Shown in pieces: positions 12,800 to 26,530 of a stretch of DNA of 59,518 bases. Position 1 is the stretch's first letter. Each line of letters starts with the position of its first letter. The position numbers and the translations under genes were made by a program. The notes under the pieces are model-generated. The model saw nothing but the letters and a program-made list of their open reading frames with translations. It did no database searches and was not told the origin of the DNA. Source of the DNA: Chiloscyllium plagiosum. Lineage: Eukaryota. The stretch lies in assembly GCF_004010195.1 (NCBI RefSeq), contig NC_057719.1, positions 16,977,177-17,036,694 of the forward strand, given 5' to 3'.

Positions 12800-13350
12800 C
12801 TAGAATATTATCTAAAATTTGACAGGACTAGACAGGAAGGATATTCCCAATGACCAGGCAGTCTGGAATCACTGTCACAGTTTAAGAATATGAAGTAGGT
12901 CATTTAGCACTGAGGTAAGAAGTTCCTGCATTCACAGAATAAAGGTAAAGTCTCCATAGCCCGAAAGAACCATAGGCTGCTCTCTGAATTGCCAATGGCC
13001 CTCAGCTAACCTGAAGGTCACCATGCTGCTGGTGAGGAGCAAGGTTGAGCAGGAGACACATTCATGGTAACCTCAGCTAGTGCAGGAATTGAACCCATCC
13101 TGTTGGCTTCACTTTGCATTGCAAACCAGCCATCCAGCCAACTGAGCTGAGCTGGTAGAATTCTCTGCTACAGAAAGTGGTCGAGGTCAAAATGTTGAGT
13201 GTTTTCAAGAAAGAGCTAAATATAATTCTCTGGGCTAAAGGGATCAAAGGGTATGGGGGGAAAGTGGGGTTTTAGTTAGATGATCAGAATGAATAGCAGA
13301 GCAAGCTCGAAGGGCGTATTCCCCGTTCCCATTTTCTACGTTCCCATGTC
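12800..13350 (+). mobile_element. CR1-type LINE 3' fragment split by a SINE
   Basis: gacaggactagacagg...tttagcactgaggtaag / tggtagaattctctgctacagaaag...ttctacgttcccatg. Confidence 0.7.
12940..13150 (-). mobile_element. tRNA-derived SINE, non-HE1 family
   Basis: Minus-strand head tcagctcagttggctggatgg...gggttcaattcc (Pol III A/B-box-like); tail ctatggagactttaccttta. Confidence 0.7.
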
Positions 13351-14294
13351 TCACAGCCTGCCACCGCATGGGGTGGGAATATCCGTGTTTTTTAAAAATC
13401 AGACATTGTGAATGCATTTGTATGAGAGATCATGAATGAGTGCATAGGTGCATCCGCCTATGTATTTCTGCGAGAGATAGTGAGATTCTCTGCGTGTGAT
13501 ATTGTGAGAGACTGTGGATATGAGCTGGCTGCTGGACATTTTATTAGATATTCAAACAGTAATGGTCCATTCTACCTTTGTTTGTCATCATTTTGCTGCA
13601 GAAGCTATTGGAGTTTTACTACCGTGAAAAGACAAACAATGGCATGGAAATTATCCCAGGCAATTACCTGCATCTCACTGAACTGATTTTTCTTAATTTA
13701 CAGAAGCCTCACCAACACTGAGAACGTCCACTTAAAGTACAATGGCTTTGAAATTGCGCTGTGTGACTATTAGTGTACCAGGGGAGATTTAAAAGGGATT
13801 TTTTTTTCACACAAAGTGTTCTTAAAATAGGGAATGTTTTACCACAAGTGGCTATTACAGCCAAGCCAATCATGACATTTAAGGGGAAATTAGGTAAACA
13901 CTGGAGGAAGAAAAAAATTAAAGGTTGTAGAGAAAAAAACCCCACAGGAAAATGGAATTAGAATAGCAATCTCCAGCATGAACTCAGCATCAGCACAGGT
14001 ACAGATACAATAGGCTGAATGGCCTTCATCTGAGGTGCAATTATTATGATTTGAGGAATGTATAGTGTATTTGTGTAAAATTCCTCTGTCCATTATCTTA
14101 ATAGCAACGCTGTTTGTTTTAAATGCTGTAATGTATCCTTTAAAATAACAGACAAAAGAATTTTCATGCGCAGTAACATTTGAATGCTGCTATTCACATA
14201 CGTCAAATACTTGCAGCTTCTATGGATTGAAATGTTTCCTTCTAACTTTCAAAGATAGTGCAGTAGAAACAGCATTATTAGTTAGTTGTGCAAT

Positions 14295-14870
14295 CATAGA
14301 ATGATCAAAGGGGGCCATTTGGTCCATAGTGCCTGGGTCTGCTGTTTGATTTAGCTATCCAACTAGTCCTTCTCCCCCTACCCTTTCCCCGAGACCTGTT
14401 TTTTTCCATATTTCTCCAAATATGTTTTCGATCTTCTTTTGGAAATTATGATTGAATCTGCTTCCACTGCCCTTTCCTGAATAGCATTTTAAGCTGTAAC
14501 AACTCACTGAGGAAAACAAATTCTCTCTATCTCACCTCTGGTTCTTTCGTCAATTACTTTAAATCAATAATCTGTGACTATTGATGACTCTGCCAGTGGA
14601 AACATTTCTCTCATTTACCCTTGCCCATCATGATTTTGAACACTCCTATTAGACTTCCCAAAGACTATCTCTGTTCTAAGGTGAATAATCTCAGCTTCTC
14701 TAATCTCTCCATCTAACTGAGACCCTTCATCCCTGGCACTAATTGAGTAAATACTTCTTCACCTTCTCCAATGAATTTCCAGCACACCCTCATAAGATGC
14801 CCAGAGTCCAGGATTGAACACAATATTTGACCTGGAGCCTACAGTGATTTAGCATAACTTCCTTGCATAG
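14295..14870 (-). mobile_element. Old CR1-type LINE 3' fragment
   Basis: atcatagaa tail, then reverse of ORF2 C-terminal sequence similar to 43953-44435. Confidence 0.65.
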
Positions 14871-15565
14871 TATATTGTATAATATTTATGGTCAACAGAG
14901 TTGTTTTCTTCATCCTTTCAGTAGGGTGTATCACCCAGAGAAGGTATACCTCAGAATTTTGTACAGTAGACGCAATAGGTCAGAACATCAGCACTTTGAT
15001 CTACTCTGAAAGTTTCTATACACTAGGGGCCTTTTGAAAAAGATTATTGGATGCTTCTGTTACTCAGCCTTTTCAATTTTAGTTTAGAAAAGTCCCATGC
15101 AGATGTGGCATATCAATGCTACAGATCTATTGCTATGATCTGGCAATGCTATCGAGCTGAATTGAGCAAAGCTTACATTACAACATGTTGTCTGATACTT
15201 GTGTGGTTGGCTTTGTGACCCTGAATGAGAAGGAAGTAAGATGGACAAAGAGATGACACTTGCCCCTTGCCCCTTGAGCAGGCTTCACTTGTCTTGATGC
15301 CTGTTGTGCTTTGATATCTCACAATGGCTACAGTGACTTTGTCAATTGAATCGAAAGGCCTGCAACTATATTTTTTATTCACTCATGACAAAGCTGGGCC
15401 AACACTTATTGCCTTTCTCTAAATGTCCTTGAGAAGATGATGGTGAGCTGCCTTCTTGAACCTCTGCTATCCATTTTGTTTGTGTACCCCCTTGATAATG
15501 TCAGGGAGGCAGGTCCTTTGACCCAGTGTCTCTGAAAGAGTGGCAATATATTTCCACATCAGATT

Positions 15566-15754
15566 GACAAGGTCAGAAGTCATATGACACCAGGTTATAG
15601 TACACCAGGTTTATTTGAAATCACAAGCTTTCGGAGCACTGTTCCTTCATCAGCCAAAAGCTTGTGATTTCAAATAAACCTGTTGGACTATAATCCAGTG
15701 TCGTGTGACTTCTGACTTTGTCCACCCTCGTCCAACACTGGCACCTGCACATCA
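15566..15754. mobile_element. Fold-back (inverted) HHR element, family B subfamily, inserted in a LINE tail
   Basis: Arms 15566-15634 and 15654-15722 are reverse complements; minus-strand core CTGATGA-A-GGAA cagtg CTCC-GAA-AGCT-T at 15625-15653. Confidence 0.8.
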
Positions 15755-18700
15755 AGTCAAGTTGGGGGGTGGCTTGGAGGGGAGCTTGCAGGGTGGTAGT
15801 GTTCCCATATATCCACTGAGTCTTCCTATTGTGAAGGTTAGCTGTGTTTCCAATAATGAGGGTTTATGTGGTTAGATGGCTAGACAGAGTATTTTCCATT
15901 TGATATTTTGATAGTTATGTGAGATTACTGAGCAGAACATGCACCATACTCCAAAGGTCGCATCAGGATCCCTGGATGGAGTTGTAAAATGAAAGGCAAT
16001 TAAAAAGAAAAATTATTTCATGCAATATGAATATCACTGGTAATCATTTGTTGACCCTCACTAATTCTCCTGGGGTGGGGGGTGTGGGGGCATGGCATCA
16101 GAAACCTCTGTCCTTCATTGCCAAATAGGTTTTTACTTATCTCTGTCAAATTACTTTGGGTTTTGCATCAATACAAAAGTAATAATGAAGATTAAACAGT
16201 TTGACAGTGAGCAGGATGTGTGGGAGCTTATAGTATATATGGAGGACACGAGGTAGCTAGATGGAGATTTATCCTTTTGGAATAGACAAGTATTATGGAG
16301 GGATTATTGAGGACAATGGAGGTAGGCTAAGTGGCTTGGTATAAAGAGGATTTTTGTGGTTGGTGAGGTGGGTCGTGGATAACCATTTTCTCATTGTGCT
16401 GAAATAAAGTGCTAATTGACCACTGTCTCTCAATGCGAAACCTGTTCTTTTCTCGTGATGTTACCTCGGGATTTTACAAAAGGACTATAACTCATGAGTG
16501 GCTGGGGTCTGAGTGAGCTGAGAAAGATTTCCATGTGGGTGATACATTGTGAATGATGTAATATTCTCTGAGTGATTCATTCCAGTGTTTTAAATGCATG
16601 CTGGAATCAGACTGAGTGATAATTCACTGCTGCCATGATATTAATGTCATGTCAGCAGACAAAAAAAGTATCACTTGAACCCAGGCAATGAAGATAGTTT
16701 TAGTGCAGATACCACAAGTGTGGAGATAAAGGGTGAGTGAAATTATGTCTGTGTGTGGCATTCCACAATTATTGAATAATAACTGTCTGATGACACTGTG
16801 AGGGAGACCACATAAACCCCTTTTATTGGAAACACAGCTAACCTTCAGCCACACGAGTCAAATACAACTCCTCTCATGATACCACAATGAGTCATTTTGC
16901 TGCTTACAGAATACAGTTGCATTGTCAGTGCTGCAAAAAGAAATGACTGTATTTTACCTGCTCGGCAATGGCAGCCTTCCTCCTGTGTTAAGGACCTCCG
17001 AAATCGTCATCACGTCAAACATTTTTTTATTGAGTCAGGACAATGTCTAGAGCTGAACCCTAATTATAGAGTGAATGCAGTCAGGGGTGCAGTTCAGAGT
17101 TTGTTAATGAGTTAAAGGGAGGAGGTACTCTTCAAAGTGATATTTAGTACTGGTTAATTGGCAGCACAATGAATGACATTTTATTGTAAAACAGTAATCC
17201 AAGCATTCAAGTACCCTGAATGATATGAACTGCTGCCTGAGATTCATTAAGAAATAAAAAATATTATGTAAATATATGAATTGTAAGTTGCATTTTTTTA
17301 CTTGTGTTGTCTGTTGATTTTCCCGATGTCATTTGATTTGTGGAAAGATAGTGAGCTCTCGTTTCAGTGGTCATGTGAAATTAACATAACACTCCTAAGA
17401 GGATAGGGAGAGAGGACCAGTGTTATTTTCATGCTGACAGCATCATTTGATCGAGCTATTGGTCATCTGCCCGAATATAATCCTTATGTGGCTCAGTATC
17501 AAATGTACTCCCTGTGAAGAATCTTGGGATGTTTTATCGTGTCAAAAATGTGATATAAATGAAAGTTGTTGCTCTGATTGGTCATTTGTCTCATTGTAGT
17601 TTGAGGGACCTTGTTATTTGCAAAATGTCTTCCAACTTTCTCTTAAATATTTCAACAATGACACACCATAAAAGTATATTATTGGATTCAAAAAGCTTTT
17701 GAAGGTGCTATGGTCATGAAAGATGCTGTTAGAACACAATTTCCTACTACCTTGAAATAATATGATTCATCCTTATATACATGTTTGTAACCGTCTAAAA
17801 GATAGTGAGAGGTGAGTGTTAAAGGTTAAAAAGTATGATGCGGAAGTTGAAAGGGTGTATTTCTAAATGCTTCAAAAGTTCCTTTCACTTTTTTGCATAA
17901 TATATTCAAATTCAGGGGCAGCATTTTCAATATTGATTATAGTTTCCATTCCTGATTGAGCTGTGTCAGCAAGTCATGTTTGGGTGAGAACAGAGGAGTT
18001 CAAAAGCTTGGCTAAAATTTGAAGGTTTTGTGGAATGCATTAAAGGAGAGGTGAGAGGAACAGAGGTTTCTGGAGGAAATTTCAGAGCTTAGGGAATCTT
18101 TGGTGGCTGAAAGTTGGGGCACCAATGGTCTGGTGATGGCAATTCCTAGGAAATGGCTGAAGAGGTCACTACTGAGGCATCACAGAGTTCTCACAGAATT
18201 GCAAGAAATCATGAGGGTGAATTTGAAAATAAAGATGCAAATTTTAAATATGAGAATTACTGGATTGGAAACCAAATATGAGTCACTAAGCACATGGTGT
18301 TTATTACAACATGGTCAGTAGAGTTTTGGCTGCGTTCAGAAATGGACTCTAGTTTATTGTCAGTCCTGCGACACCACTAAAGTCAATGATTTCACCTTTG
18401 ATTCTCCACTTGAGTTCAGATATTCCCCATCTCCTCCCTTAACTAAAAAAACACTACAGATATAAGATGCAATTCTGCCTTTGAATGATTTAGTTGCATT
18501 GCCTAAGCTAATACAACATCTTTGCATCAGTGTCTTTTCATGTAAGCACAAGTATAGCAACCTATATTGGAAATCTAAATATATTAATAAAGGCCAGAAA
18601 GTACTGCTACAGGCCAAGAAATGTATGAATTTATGTATTCACATTTAAAACCTTTGTACTTGGAAGTATTTTATAATTATAAGTGGACTCCTGTAATCCA

Positions 18701-19999
18701 TAAGAGATCTGGTGGGAAGCTGGATTGCTTGCCATACATTTTTTAATGCTATTCGTAAAGGCATAATAAAGATAAGTTGAAAGCCACACTCACAGCCCTT
18801 CCAAATTGGCCTGAACCTGCTAAGAAACCAGAATAAAGCAAGCTTACGATTAGCTTACAGATTAAAGGGTCTACAGATTTGTTCAAAGGATTTAGGGGAC
18901 CATTTCAATCCAAGGAAATGCCAAAACACATAAAATCATAACCTGGGGCCTTGTTGCATTTTGAATATCTGTTCAGTACTTCTTAAAAGCTCACACACCA
19001 GTGAAGTTACAGAGTTTGACATCTTGGCGAGATTTTTATCTTGCAACAAGATACAGCCTGTTTCAGATTGATTGCTTGGAGCCCACCCTGAAAATGGATA
19101 CCCTGCTCATGAAAGGTGAGCAGCAGAGTCCCTGCAAATGTTCTTTTGCTTCCTTTCTTGGTGCTAACCTGTACAAAAAAAAAATCTCCACTCAAAGCAG
19201 CAAGGTCCCAGTCCCTGGTTCAGACCGTGGTCTGTGTTGAAGTGGTTTATGCCAGTAGTGCTCAGAGAGGTGCCAAATCGACAACAGTGCCTTTGAGGAA
19301 AGGGAGGGAGAATGGAGGTGGGAGTTGGTGATGGTAAGAGAAGTGGGGGAACAGTTTCTTGTCTCCTGCTTAGAATCCAATAAACCTGGCCAGACAAAAA
19401 AAAAACCCACTCATGGCTGAGTGCACATCTGATTCAGCTGTTTTGCCAACCACAGTTGACTGGCTAACAATTTATAAAATTTGCAAGCCAGCAATTGCAA
19501 CTGCATTGGTGACGCTGTTAAAGTTTTTGGGGTCATTGGAAGGTCACCACGTTCAAGTGGGCCATTAGAGCAAACCTCACGTTCCTAACTTGGCTAAAAT
19601 TTCCCGGATTGTGAGTGTAACTGCATGGGCTGACAGACCAAGTAGCTGAGGTTAAGACAAGCTCATTGTTAATGGTCCAAACATTCAAATAGTCCTCTTC
19701 CTTCAATCTGCCTCTGTCCACTGAAGGTGCAGGAATTGAGAACTCCCAGTTTTGGGAATCCTGACTCCTCCAACTCTACTGCCCTAGTTAGGAATGGGCG
19801 GAGGCTGTAAATACTCCAAATATTCAGCGGGAGGGAGCTGGTTCAGCCTGTTCTGTTTTCTCTTTAGCCTCTCAATCTTTATTTTCTGATTTTTCTACAC
19901 AGTTGTCAATTATGGAACTGCTGAGTACTTTCAGCCTTTACCATTTTAATGTTAGAAGCTGCACTACAATATGAATTCAAGTTAAAGTCATCACAGAGG

Positions 20000-20440
20000 A
20001 AAGTACAAGGGCAGAAAAGGAACAAGGAAGGAAGCAGGAACAGGTAGAGTGACTGTGCAGAAGCAGAAAAATGGCCAGGAAATTGGGTGAGATTCAGGGC
20101 CAGGGGAAAGGCCAGGGTGTAGGGAAAAGTGCAGGGACTGGGGTGGAGAATGGGACACAAACAGGGACAGGGAATTCACCAGGAAAGGGACAGGGAATGG
20201 GACAGGGAGTGGGATATGGATATGGAATGCAACAGGGAATGAGATAAGGACTAGGTTGGAGAATGGTACAGAATTGGTCCAATTCCCTGCTCCTTTATCA
20301 TTCCCTGTTGCATTCTCTGTTCCTGCTCCAGCAGCGGGGAATGGTGCAAGGAATTGTACAGGGCCAGGGAGTAAGGCAAGGAGTAGGGCAGAGATAGTGA
20401 ATGGGATATGGACAGGGAAATGAATAGGCACAGGAAAGAA
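20000..20440 (+). repeat. Purine-rich low-complexity, degenerate 6-mer repeat (gggaca/gggaat)
   Basis: Visible periodicity, e.g. gggacagggaatgggacagggagtgggatatggatatggaat. Confidence 0.7.
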
Positions 20441-21679
20441 TAAATACCTCCAACGTACTTTCCACTGTTGTGCCCACAATGTGTCTTTTGTGCTCTCTCC
20501 CTTCTCACAGTTCAGCTAATTTCTCCAAATCTGTCTGTGCAGGAGGGGCATGCAAAGTTATACAAAGAAACCCCAAGCAAAACCTAAATGAAGTGGAGAA
20601 AGGATTTGCTGTGTACCAGTGCTGCCTGTTCCTTGGCAGCTGGACTGCCTCATTAATGATTTGACCACTGAGCTATTCAGGCTATTGCTGAGTTTCTTTC
20701 CTCAGTGCATTTCACTGAGGTTGTTTGCTCAGAGCTAGTTAATTAAAAAATGAATGTAGCACTGAGTATAAAGGAAGACAGCTTGCAGAGAGCGCTGAAG
20801 GTCCAGTTTCATTTAATCATCCTCAGATGATAGAGCCATTTCAGAGAACTGTGTGTTTGGTCCCTCATGCACATGGCCTTGAGTCCTATGAGTATGAGAA
20901 CTGAAAACAGAGAAAGTAAGAAGTTCCTTCACCATGTCTGCAGCAAAGCAGAGATTGCAAATAACTGCTGCAGTTAGCCTGTCCCCTACTGTGAGATGTA
21001 ACCATTGTTGACCTTTATTAGAATGATTACATAATGGTGTATCCGGAATGTGAGGAAGCATTCAACCATGGACCATAACATGCAGGAGGATCTGGGCTAC
21101 AAAAATAGACAAGGATCATTAATATCATTGCTGGGTTGTGTCAGGACAGGGCTAGACACTTCCTATCACTGCACAGGGTCCTGGACAACATCGCTTTTTA
21201 AGCTGGCCTCTCCAGATTTCGAAGGAACCAGATTGAGCATCTCTTCAAGCTTATCAGGTTATCTGAATCGTGATTGTATTTTTTTTTAACTTCACTTCTT
21301 TGACATATCTGTCATTCGTTATTTACTGCGTGTCCTAAGTTGGCCTTGAGGTTAGTGGCAATTAATTGCTAACTAAAATGTTATTCCTGTTGTACATTAT
21401 AAAGGCACTTCTGCGGGGGTAATACTACTTTCTTAAAATGATACAGTTAGAAACAGATCATTCAGCCCTTTATTCCAGTGCTGAAAAGTCTTGTTGAATC
21501 TGTCCCACTCATCTGCCCTCTTCCTGTAGCCTTATGATGTTTTCCCCTAGCAAGTTCTTTTTAATCTAATTCCTTTTGCAAGTTGTTCTTTAATCTGCAT
21601 CCATCACCTTTTCAGACAGTGCATTATGGATCCTAACAACTAGCTTCAACTCACTGACACTGTCTGAAATAATCAGGCA

Positions 21680-22400
21680 CAATACCAAAATGGCTCTTAC
21701 CAAAATCACAAATGACAGCCTATGTGACCCTGACAAAAGTAGAATACCACTCCTTTTCCTTCTTTCTGCAGCCTTTGTAATATTTAGTTACTCCATACTC
21801 CACTTCCAATGCCACTCCTTCATCAACCAACTGAGGGAGAAATACACTCGCTGAGTTCTATTCTTATCCATCTCATTCTGAGAATTCACTACAATGGCTT
21901 CTCTTTCTGCTCCCACATTAATATCTCTGATTCCTGTGAGGATCTATCCTCGACCCCATCCCACCCCTACAACTCACCTCCACCTTGACGCCCTGTGATA
22001 TTGCCTGAAAACACAATTGCTGGTTAAGTTGATGGCATCCAGCCATATCTCATTACCACCATTCTTGACTCCTGCACTATCTGTAAATTGTCAACCTGCT
22101 TATCCGACATCCAGTAGCAAATGAGCAGAAATTTCCACCAACTAAACAATGGGGAGACCGAAGCTGTTTTATATGGATCCCACATTAACTCTGCTTCCTT
22201 GATATTGACTCCATTTCTCTGCCCAGCAACTGAGGCTGAATTGGACGGTTCACGTTCATAATGGTTCATGCTTGACACTACCTACTTCATATTCTGAAGC
22301 TGCCTTTGCCTCAGCTCATCTACTGCTAGAACCCTCAGTCATGCCTTCTTTATGTCTTGATTATTGCATTGTACTGATGGTGGGGCTCCCACTTCCTACT
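21680..22400 (+). mobile_element. Old L2-type LINE RT fragment
   Basis: TKMALTKITNDSLCDPDKSRIPLLFLLSAAF resembles L2 RT (TETAL.KV.ND......G....LLDLSAAFD); ctaaacaatggggagaccgaagc resembles LN..KTE. Confidence 0.7.
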
Positions 22401-23087
22401 TTTGATGTTGTCCACAAATGAGTTGCAAGGTCTCAATGGTTTTCAGGGAGTTACTGGTCATCAATCAGTATATGCAGGAAATGTCTGAGATTGTGCCAAT
22501 CATCCCCAGACTGCATTTACCTCTTGGGTGTCTGTTAATATCATAAAGAATATCCAGGTGTCTCGGAGTGTGTTTATACTTCTACAAACTTTCCGACACA
22601 GTAAGCTTAAAAACCTGCTTCTGCACAATGCAGCCTTTGTTTCTGGAAGTCGAAATTGCCGTTCTGCACCTTAATCCCATAATAGGAATGGCTGTAAATT
22701 GTTACATTGTTCCAATCCCTGTGAGGAATTGTAAAGCAAAATAACCAAATTTACCAAATAACCCTCAGAGAAGAAATTACCAACAAGATTTCACTTCTGT
22801 AACATTTACCTTAATGTGAATCAGAGCCAATTCAAGTTAAACGTGGATTAACATGTTTAAAATGATGATGATTTAAAAAGATACTTCAAATAAAAGATTA
22901 CATTTCCATTTAAATAGCCAATACAACACAAATATTCACATCACTTCCCACACAATGTGGCACTACATAGCTGCATAATTCCACAGTATGCTGCTCATTA
23001 TTCATGCCTAAAGGCTGGTTAGACAGCATCTTCCAAACCCACTACAGATGCAGGGTACATCTAGCAAAGCCTAAAAGGCAGACCTTA

Positions 23088-23273
23088 ATGTGGAGGTGCC
23101 GGTGTTGGACTGAGGTGTACAAAGTCAGAAGTCACATGACACTAGGTTATACCCCAACAGGTTTATTTGAAATCACAAGCCTGTGTTATCAAAAAAACCT
23201 ATTGGGCTATAACCTGGTGTTATGTGACTTCTGACTTTGTCCACCCCGGTTTAACACTGACAACTCCAAGTCA
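23088..23273. mobile_element. Symmetric hairpin element made of the post-cleavage part of the family B repeat
   Basis: About 92-bp inverted arms with the axis at tcacaag|cctgtg (23179/23180). Confidence 0.82.
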
Positions 23274-23482
23274 CAGCCTGACTTGGAAATATATCGCCGA
23301 TCCTTCAGTGTTGTTGTGACAAAATCTTGGAATTCCCTCTATAACGGCATTGTGGGTCGATGTACAGCACATAAACTGCAGTGGTTTAAGAAGGCAGCTA
23401 ACTGCCATTTTCTTAAGGGAAACAGGGATCAGGCAATAAATGTTGGCCCAGCCAGTGACGCCCACATTCCATAAGTGAATTT
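23274..23482 (+). mobile_element. 3' tail of a second CR1/L2-group LINE family
   Basis: cctgacttggaaatatatcgcc...ggcaataaatgttggcccagccagtgacgcccacattcc; also present at 50392-50645 (-), 15372-15565 (-) and about 36960-37100 (-). Confidence 0.75.
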
Positions 23483-24040
23483 TAAAAAGTCTCGATGTGT
23501 AGCTTTCCACAGTTCATTTTCAACTGACCAAATTATAACCCCAATCTATGGTTATAATCTTATTCCTGGGACAACTTCTTGATTTTCTATAAGCTACTCA
23601 CACAGCTTTTCAGACTCTAATGTCTTTTAACCAGCTCACACAGTATCTCCAAGAGCTCCTGTCTCCTCCACTGCCAAAGCAAAACAATCTGTTCCTAAGA
23701 ATAGTTTGCTTCTTCTCCTCAAATAATCTTTTTTCTTTCTGTTCTCTTTCTATCTCTGCTTTCTCTTGTTGGCATCTGTGTCTTCAACCTCCAGCTCTCT
23801 GCTTGTAACTGTCCTTGTGCCTGCCAGCATTGCAGTTATTTGTCTTAACTTCATCCTATTGCTACTGATCCTGAGACGAAGGTCATCACAATATAAAAAC
23901 CACTGTTCTCCTCACTAATAAACATTTGAAATATTAATTTAATAACATAAGAATACTTAAATGATAGATAATGTTCCTCAGAATAAAACTCCAGCACTTC
24001 CCATTCTGCCTCCATTAAATGCAACCTCATCTTCAATACA

Positions 24041-24352
24041 CACAGTGGCTCAGTGGTTGGCATTGCTGCCTCACAGTACCAGGGTCCCAGGTTCAATTCC
24101 AGCCTTGAGCGACTGACTGTGTGGAGTTTGCACATTCTCCTTGTGTCTGCATGGGTTTCCTCCGGGTGCTCCGGTTTCCTCCCACAATCCAAAGATGTGC
24201 CGGTCAGGTGAATTGGCCATTCTAAATTGTCCGTAGTGTTAGGTGCATTAGTTAGAGGGAAATGGGTCTGGGTAGGTTACTCTTCAAAGGGTTGGTGTGG
24301 ACTTGTTGGGCCGAAGGGCCTATTTCCACACTGTAGGGAATCTAATCTAATC
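24041..24352 (+). mobile_element. HE1-like V-SINE
   Basis: A/B boxes (tggctcagtgg; ggttcaattcc), V-domain, ctaatctaatc tail. Confidence 0.92.
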
Positions 24353-24739
24353 AACTACACACTTGTCTCCAGAGTGTTGGGGTGGACCTCTCCCTACAGT
24401 TTGAAATGCTCCACATAAGTTGCTTCCCCTTTGAAAGGATTGACAGAATCTGAATCAAAGGCAGTGAGCAATATTTTAACTCACTCACAACCCCCGCAGT
24501 TGGACAGAGTTAAAATTGGGCCTGTTTTCTTTATTCTTCTTTCTGTAATTGCTCCTCATTCCCCTTGGTACTTTGACATGATTGATCATATCATGCTTCC
24601 TCAAAGACCCTACTCTGTTGCCCAGCTCAGTGGGGGAGGAGGGTGGGGGGGGGGGTAAACTCCTTCCTAGTTTAACTCTAGCCTATCCATCCTATCCAAA
24701 AAAATTCCATTGATAGTAATGAAGTGAAACTATCACGGT

Positions 24740-24948
24740 ATTTTAACAGATGAAAGGCTTAACAGACAATCAATTTTTCAACGTATAATTTCAGTTACAT
24801 CACACTGTAAATTTTTGCTATAAATTCTGTGTGTTAGGATTGAGCCCTCCACTACCATCTGATGAAGGAGTGACGCTCCGAAAGCTAGTGTGCTTCCAAT
24901 TAAACCTGTTGGACTATAACCTGGTGTTGTGTGATTTTTAACTTTGTA
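24740..24948 (+). mobile_element. Solo PLE family B terminal repeat
   Basis: Collinear with about 3355-3564; contains an intact HHR core. Confidence 0.85.
24856..24890 (+). ncRNA. Minimal type-I hammerhead ribozyme, family B, core intact
   Basis: CAT-CTGATGA-A-GGAG(tgacg)CTCC-GAA-AGCT-A-GTG; predicted cleavage after A24887. Confidence 0.78.
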
Positions 24949-26287
24949 AGAAAGGGAACCCTCAAGTGTCCATATTGGTTTTATCTCTGAAAATATCATG
25001 AAATCAGCACCTAGTTTTATTTTGCAGTGCAAGTCATGTTAGTTTGACTTCAACAATCGGAAATAATCCACACAAGACTAAAGCACTTGGTGCTGAAGTC
25101 TTCCCATGTGAACATGAATGTTTGAAGGTCTGCATCTTCAGGTTGCCATGGGGATGTGTTATTGCAGGAAGGAGCAGCTAACAGCAGTCCCTGCAACTAC
25201 AAGTGACAACCTTCACTGCCCCCACTGCGGAATAATGTCTTGCGCAAATATTCCCACTTGAAGCCTCACAACAGATGTGGATCATTGACAATGAGGCAAC
25301 ACCAAAGATGAAGAGAAGTAGGTGTCTACACATTCGGCTCAGGTACCCCCGGCTGTAGTAACCACACTCCACAGATGCTGAATTCCACCAGGTAACAAAC
25401 AGCTCTAACACTTGTGGCATAATTTGAAGGTTATTGATTGCTGTTTCTTGTCAGCCGTTAGACCTTTCCCCTTTGTAATTAGAGAATAATGTCACTAGTT
25501 TGCCTCTCCTTTGGTGTGTTGTAGACTCATCTTCAATCTGCAATGAACCAGCCACTTGATCCTGCATTCTAACATAATTCCAACATCCAGTGTACAGCTC
25601 CCACTTTTATATAACATCATATATAAGGTCGCTCTCTTATTTAGAGAAAATCACGAGAAGCACGTATTTGTTTTCCTGTTCAGAAAAGCTTGGGGTTGAA
25701 TTATCTAGTGCAGCCAGCAAGATGTTACAGCCAGACTCAGTTCTCCTTGGGTTTGGCTTGGGAGTTGAAATAATCTGTGGCTATATTACTAGATGATTAA
25801 CACAGTGGTCCAAACTGGAAACGCATCTGTTTATTTGTCAAGAGAGTACAGAATCAGAATTCTGTTGAGTGCTCACATTTACTGTTCTCTCCACTGAAGT
25901 AGCTCAAATTATTGGGACAGGTATGAAACTTGTTTCCTTCAGTTTAGAGCTCATGGCATTGTCCTGTAAGATGAGTCAGGAGCAGAAGGCTGCAAAATTT
26001 GAAATCAGAAGGAAAGAGCCCATGGCCGAGCAAACCAAATGCCAGTATTGTTGCAAATACTTATGTGTCCCATTAACAGTACTGTGACATGAAAACCCTC
26101 CTCACATCAGTCCCATAATCCCAAGGACTGGGAGATCACTAAAATATGTCACTCTGCTTCTGCAATTGCATCAAGTACTGTAGCTAGTTCAACTGAAATT
26201 AATTTAGCCCAGGTTTTCCAACAGGACAATTGAGAAACTTAAGCAAGGCCCATAGAAAACTAAGCTGGGAAATTGAGGATTTCTTAA

Positions 26288-26530
26288 TGCTGGGCAGAAG
26301 TGGGTACTGCAGATGCTGGAGATTAGAATCAAGATTAGAGTGTACAAAGTTACAAATCACACAACACCAAGTTATAGTCCAACAGATTTAATTGGAAGCA
26401 CACTAGCTTTCAGAGTGCCGCTCCTTCATTAGGAATGATGAAGGGCTTTTGCCCGAAACATTGATTTTCCTGCTCCTCGGATACTGCCTGACCTGCTGTG
26501 CTTTTCCAGCACCATTCTAATATTGATTCC
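26288..26530. mobile_element. Chimeric fold-back element: A(-) tail, B(-) repeat with HHR, A(+) repeat with HHR
   Basis: About 26297-26342 is the reverse of the family A 3' end; 26343-26433 is family B minus strand; 26435-26530 is family A plus strand; flanks GATTTCTTAA / GATTCCTTAA. Confidence 0.8.

Noticed and set aside
15566..15754. Fold-back elements as MITEs or pre-miRNAs
   Set aside because: Arms are identical in sequence to PLE terminal repeats and vary in length; TSDs where seen are variable (10-17 bp), unlike DDE transposons
19991..20508. Pro-rich ORFs up to 162 aa
   Set aside because: Low-complexity 6-mer repeat depleted of stop codons; no domain or splice context
24041..24115. 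tRNA-like A/B box sequences (also at other SINE heads)
   Set aside because: They continue into V-SINE bodies and lack a full cloverleaf; not tRNA genes
26435..26495. ATGATGA...CTGA as a C/D box snoRNA
   Set aside because: Explained as a mutated HHR core within a dispersed repeat; no terminal stem
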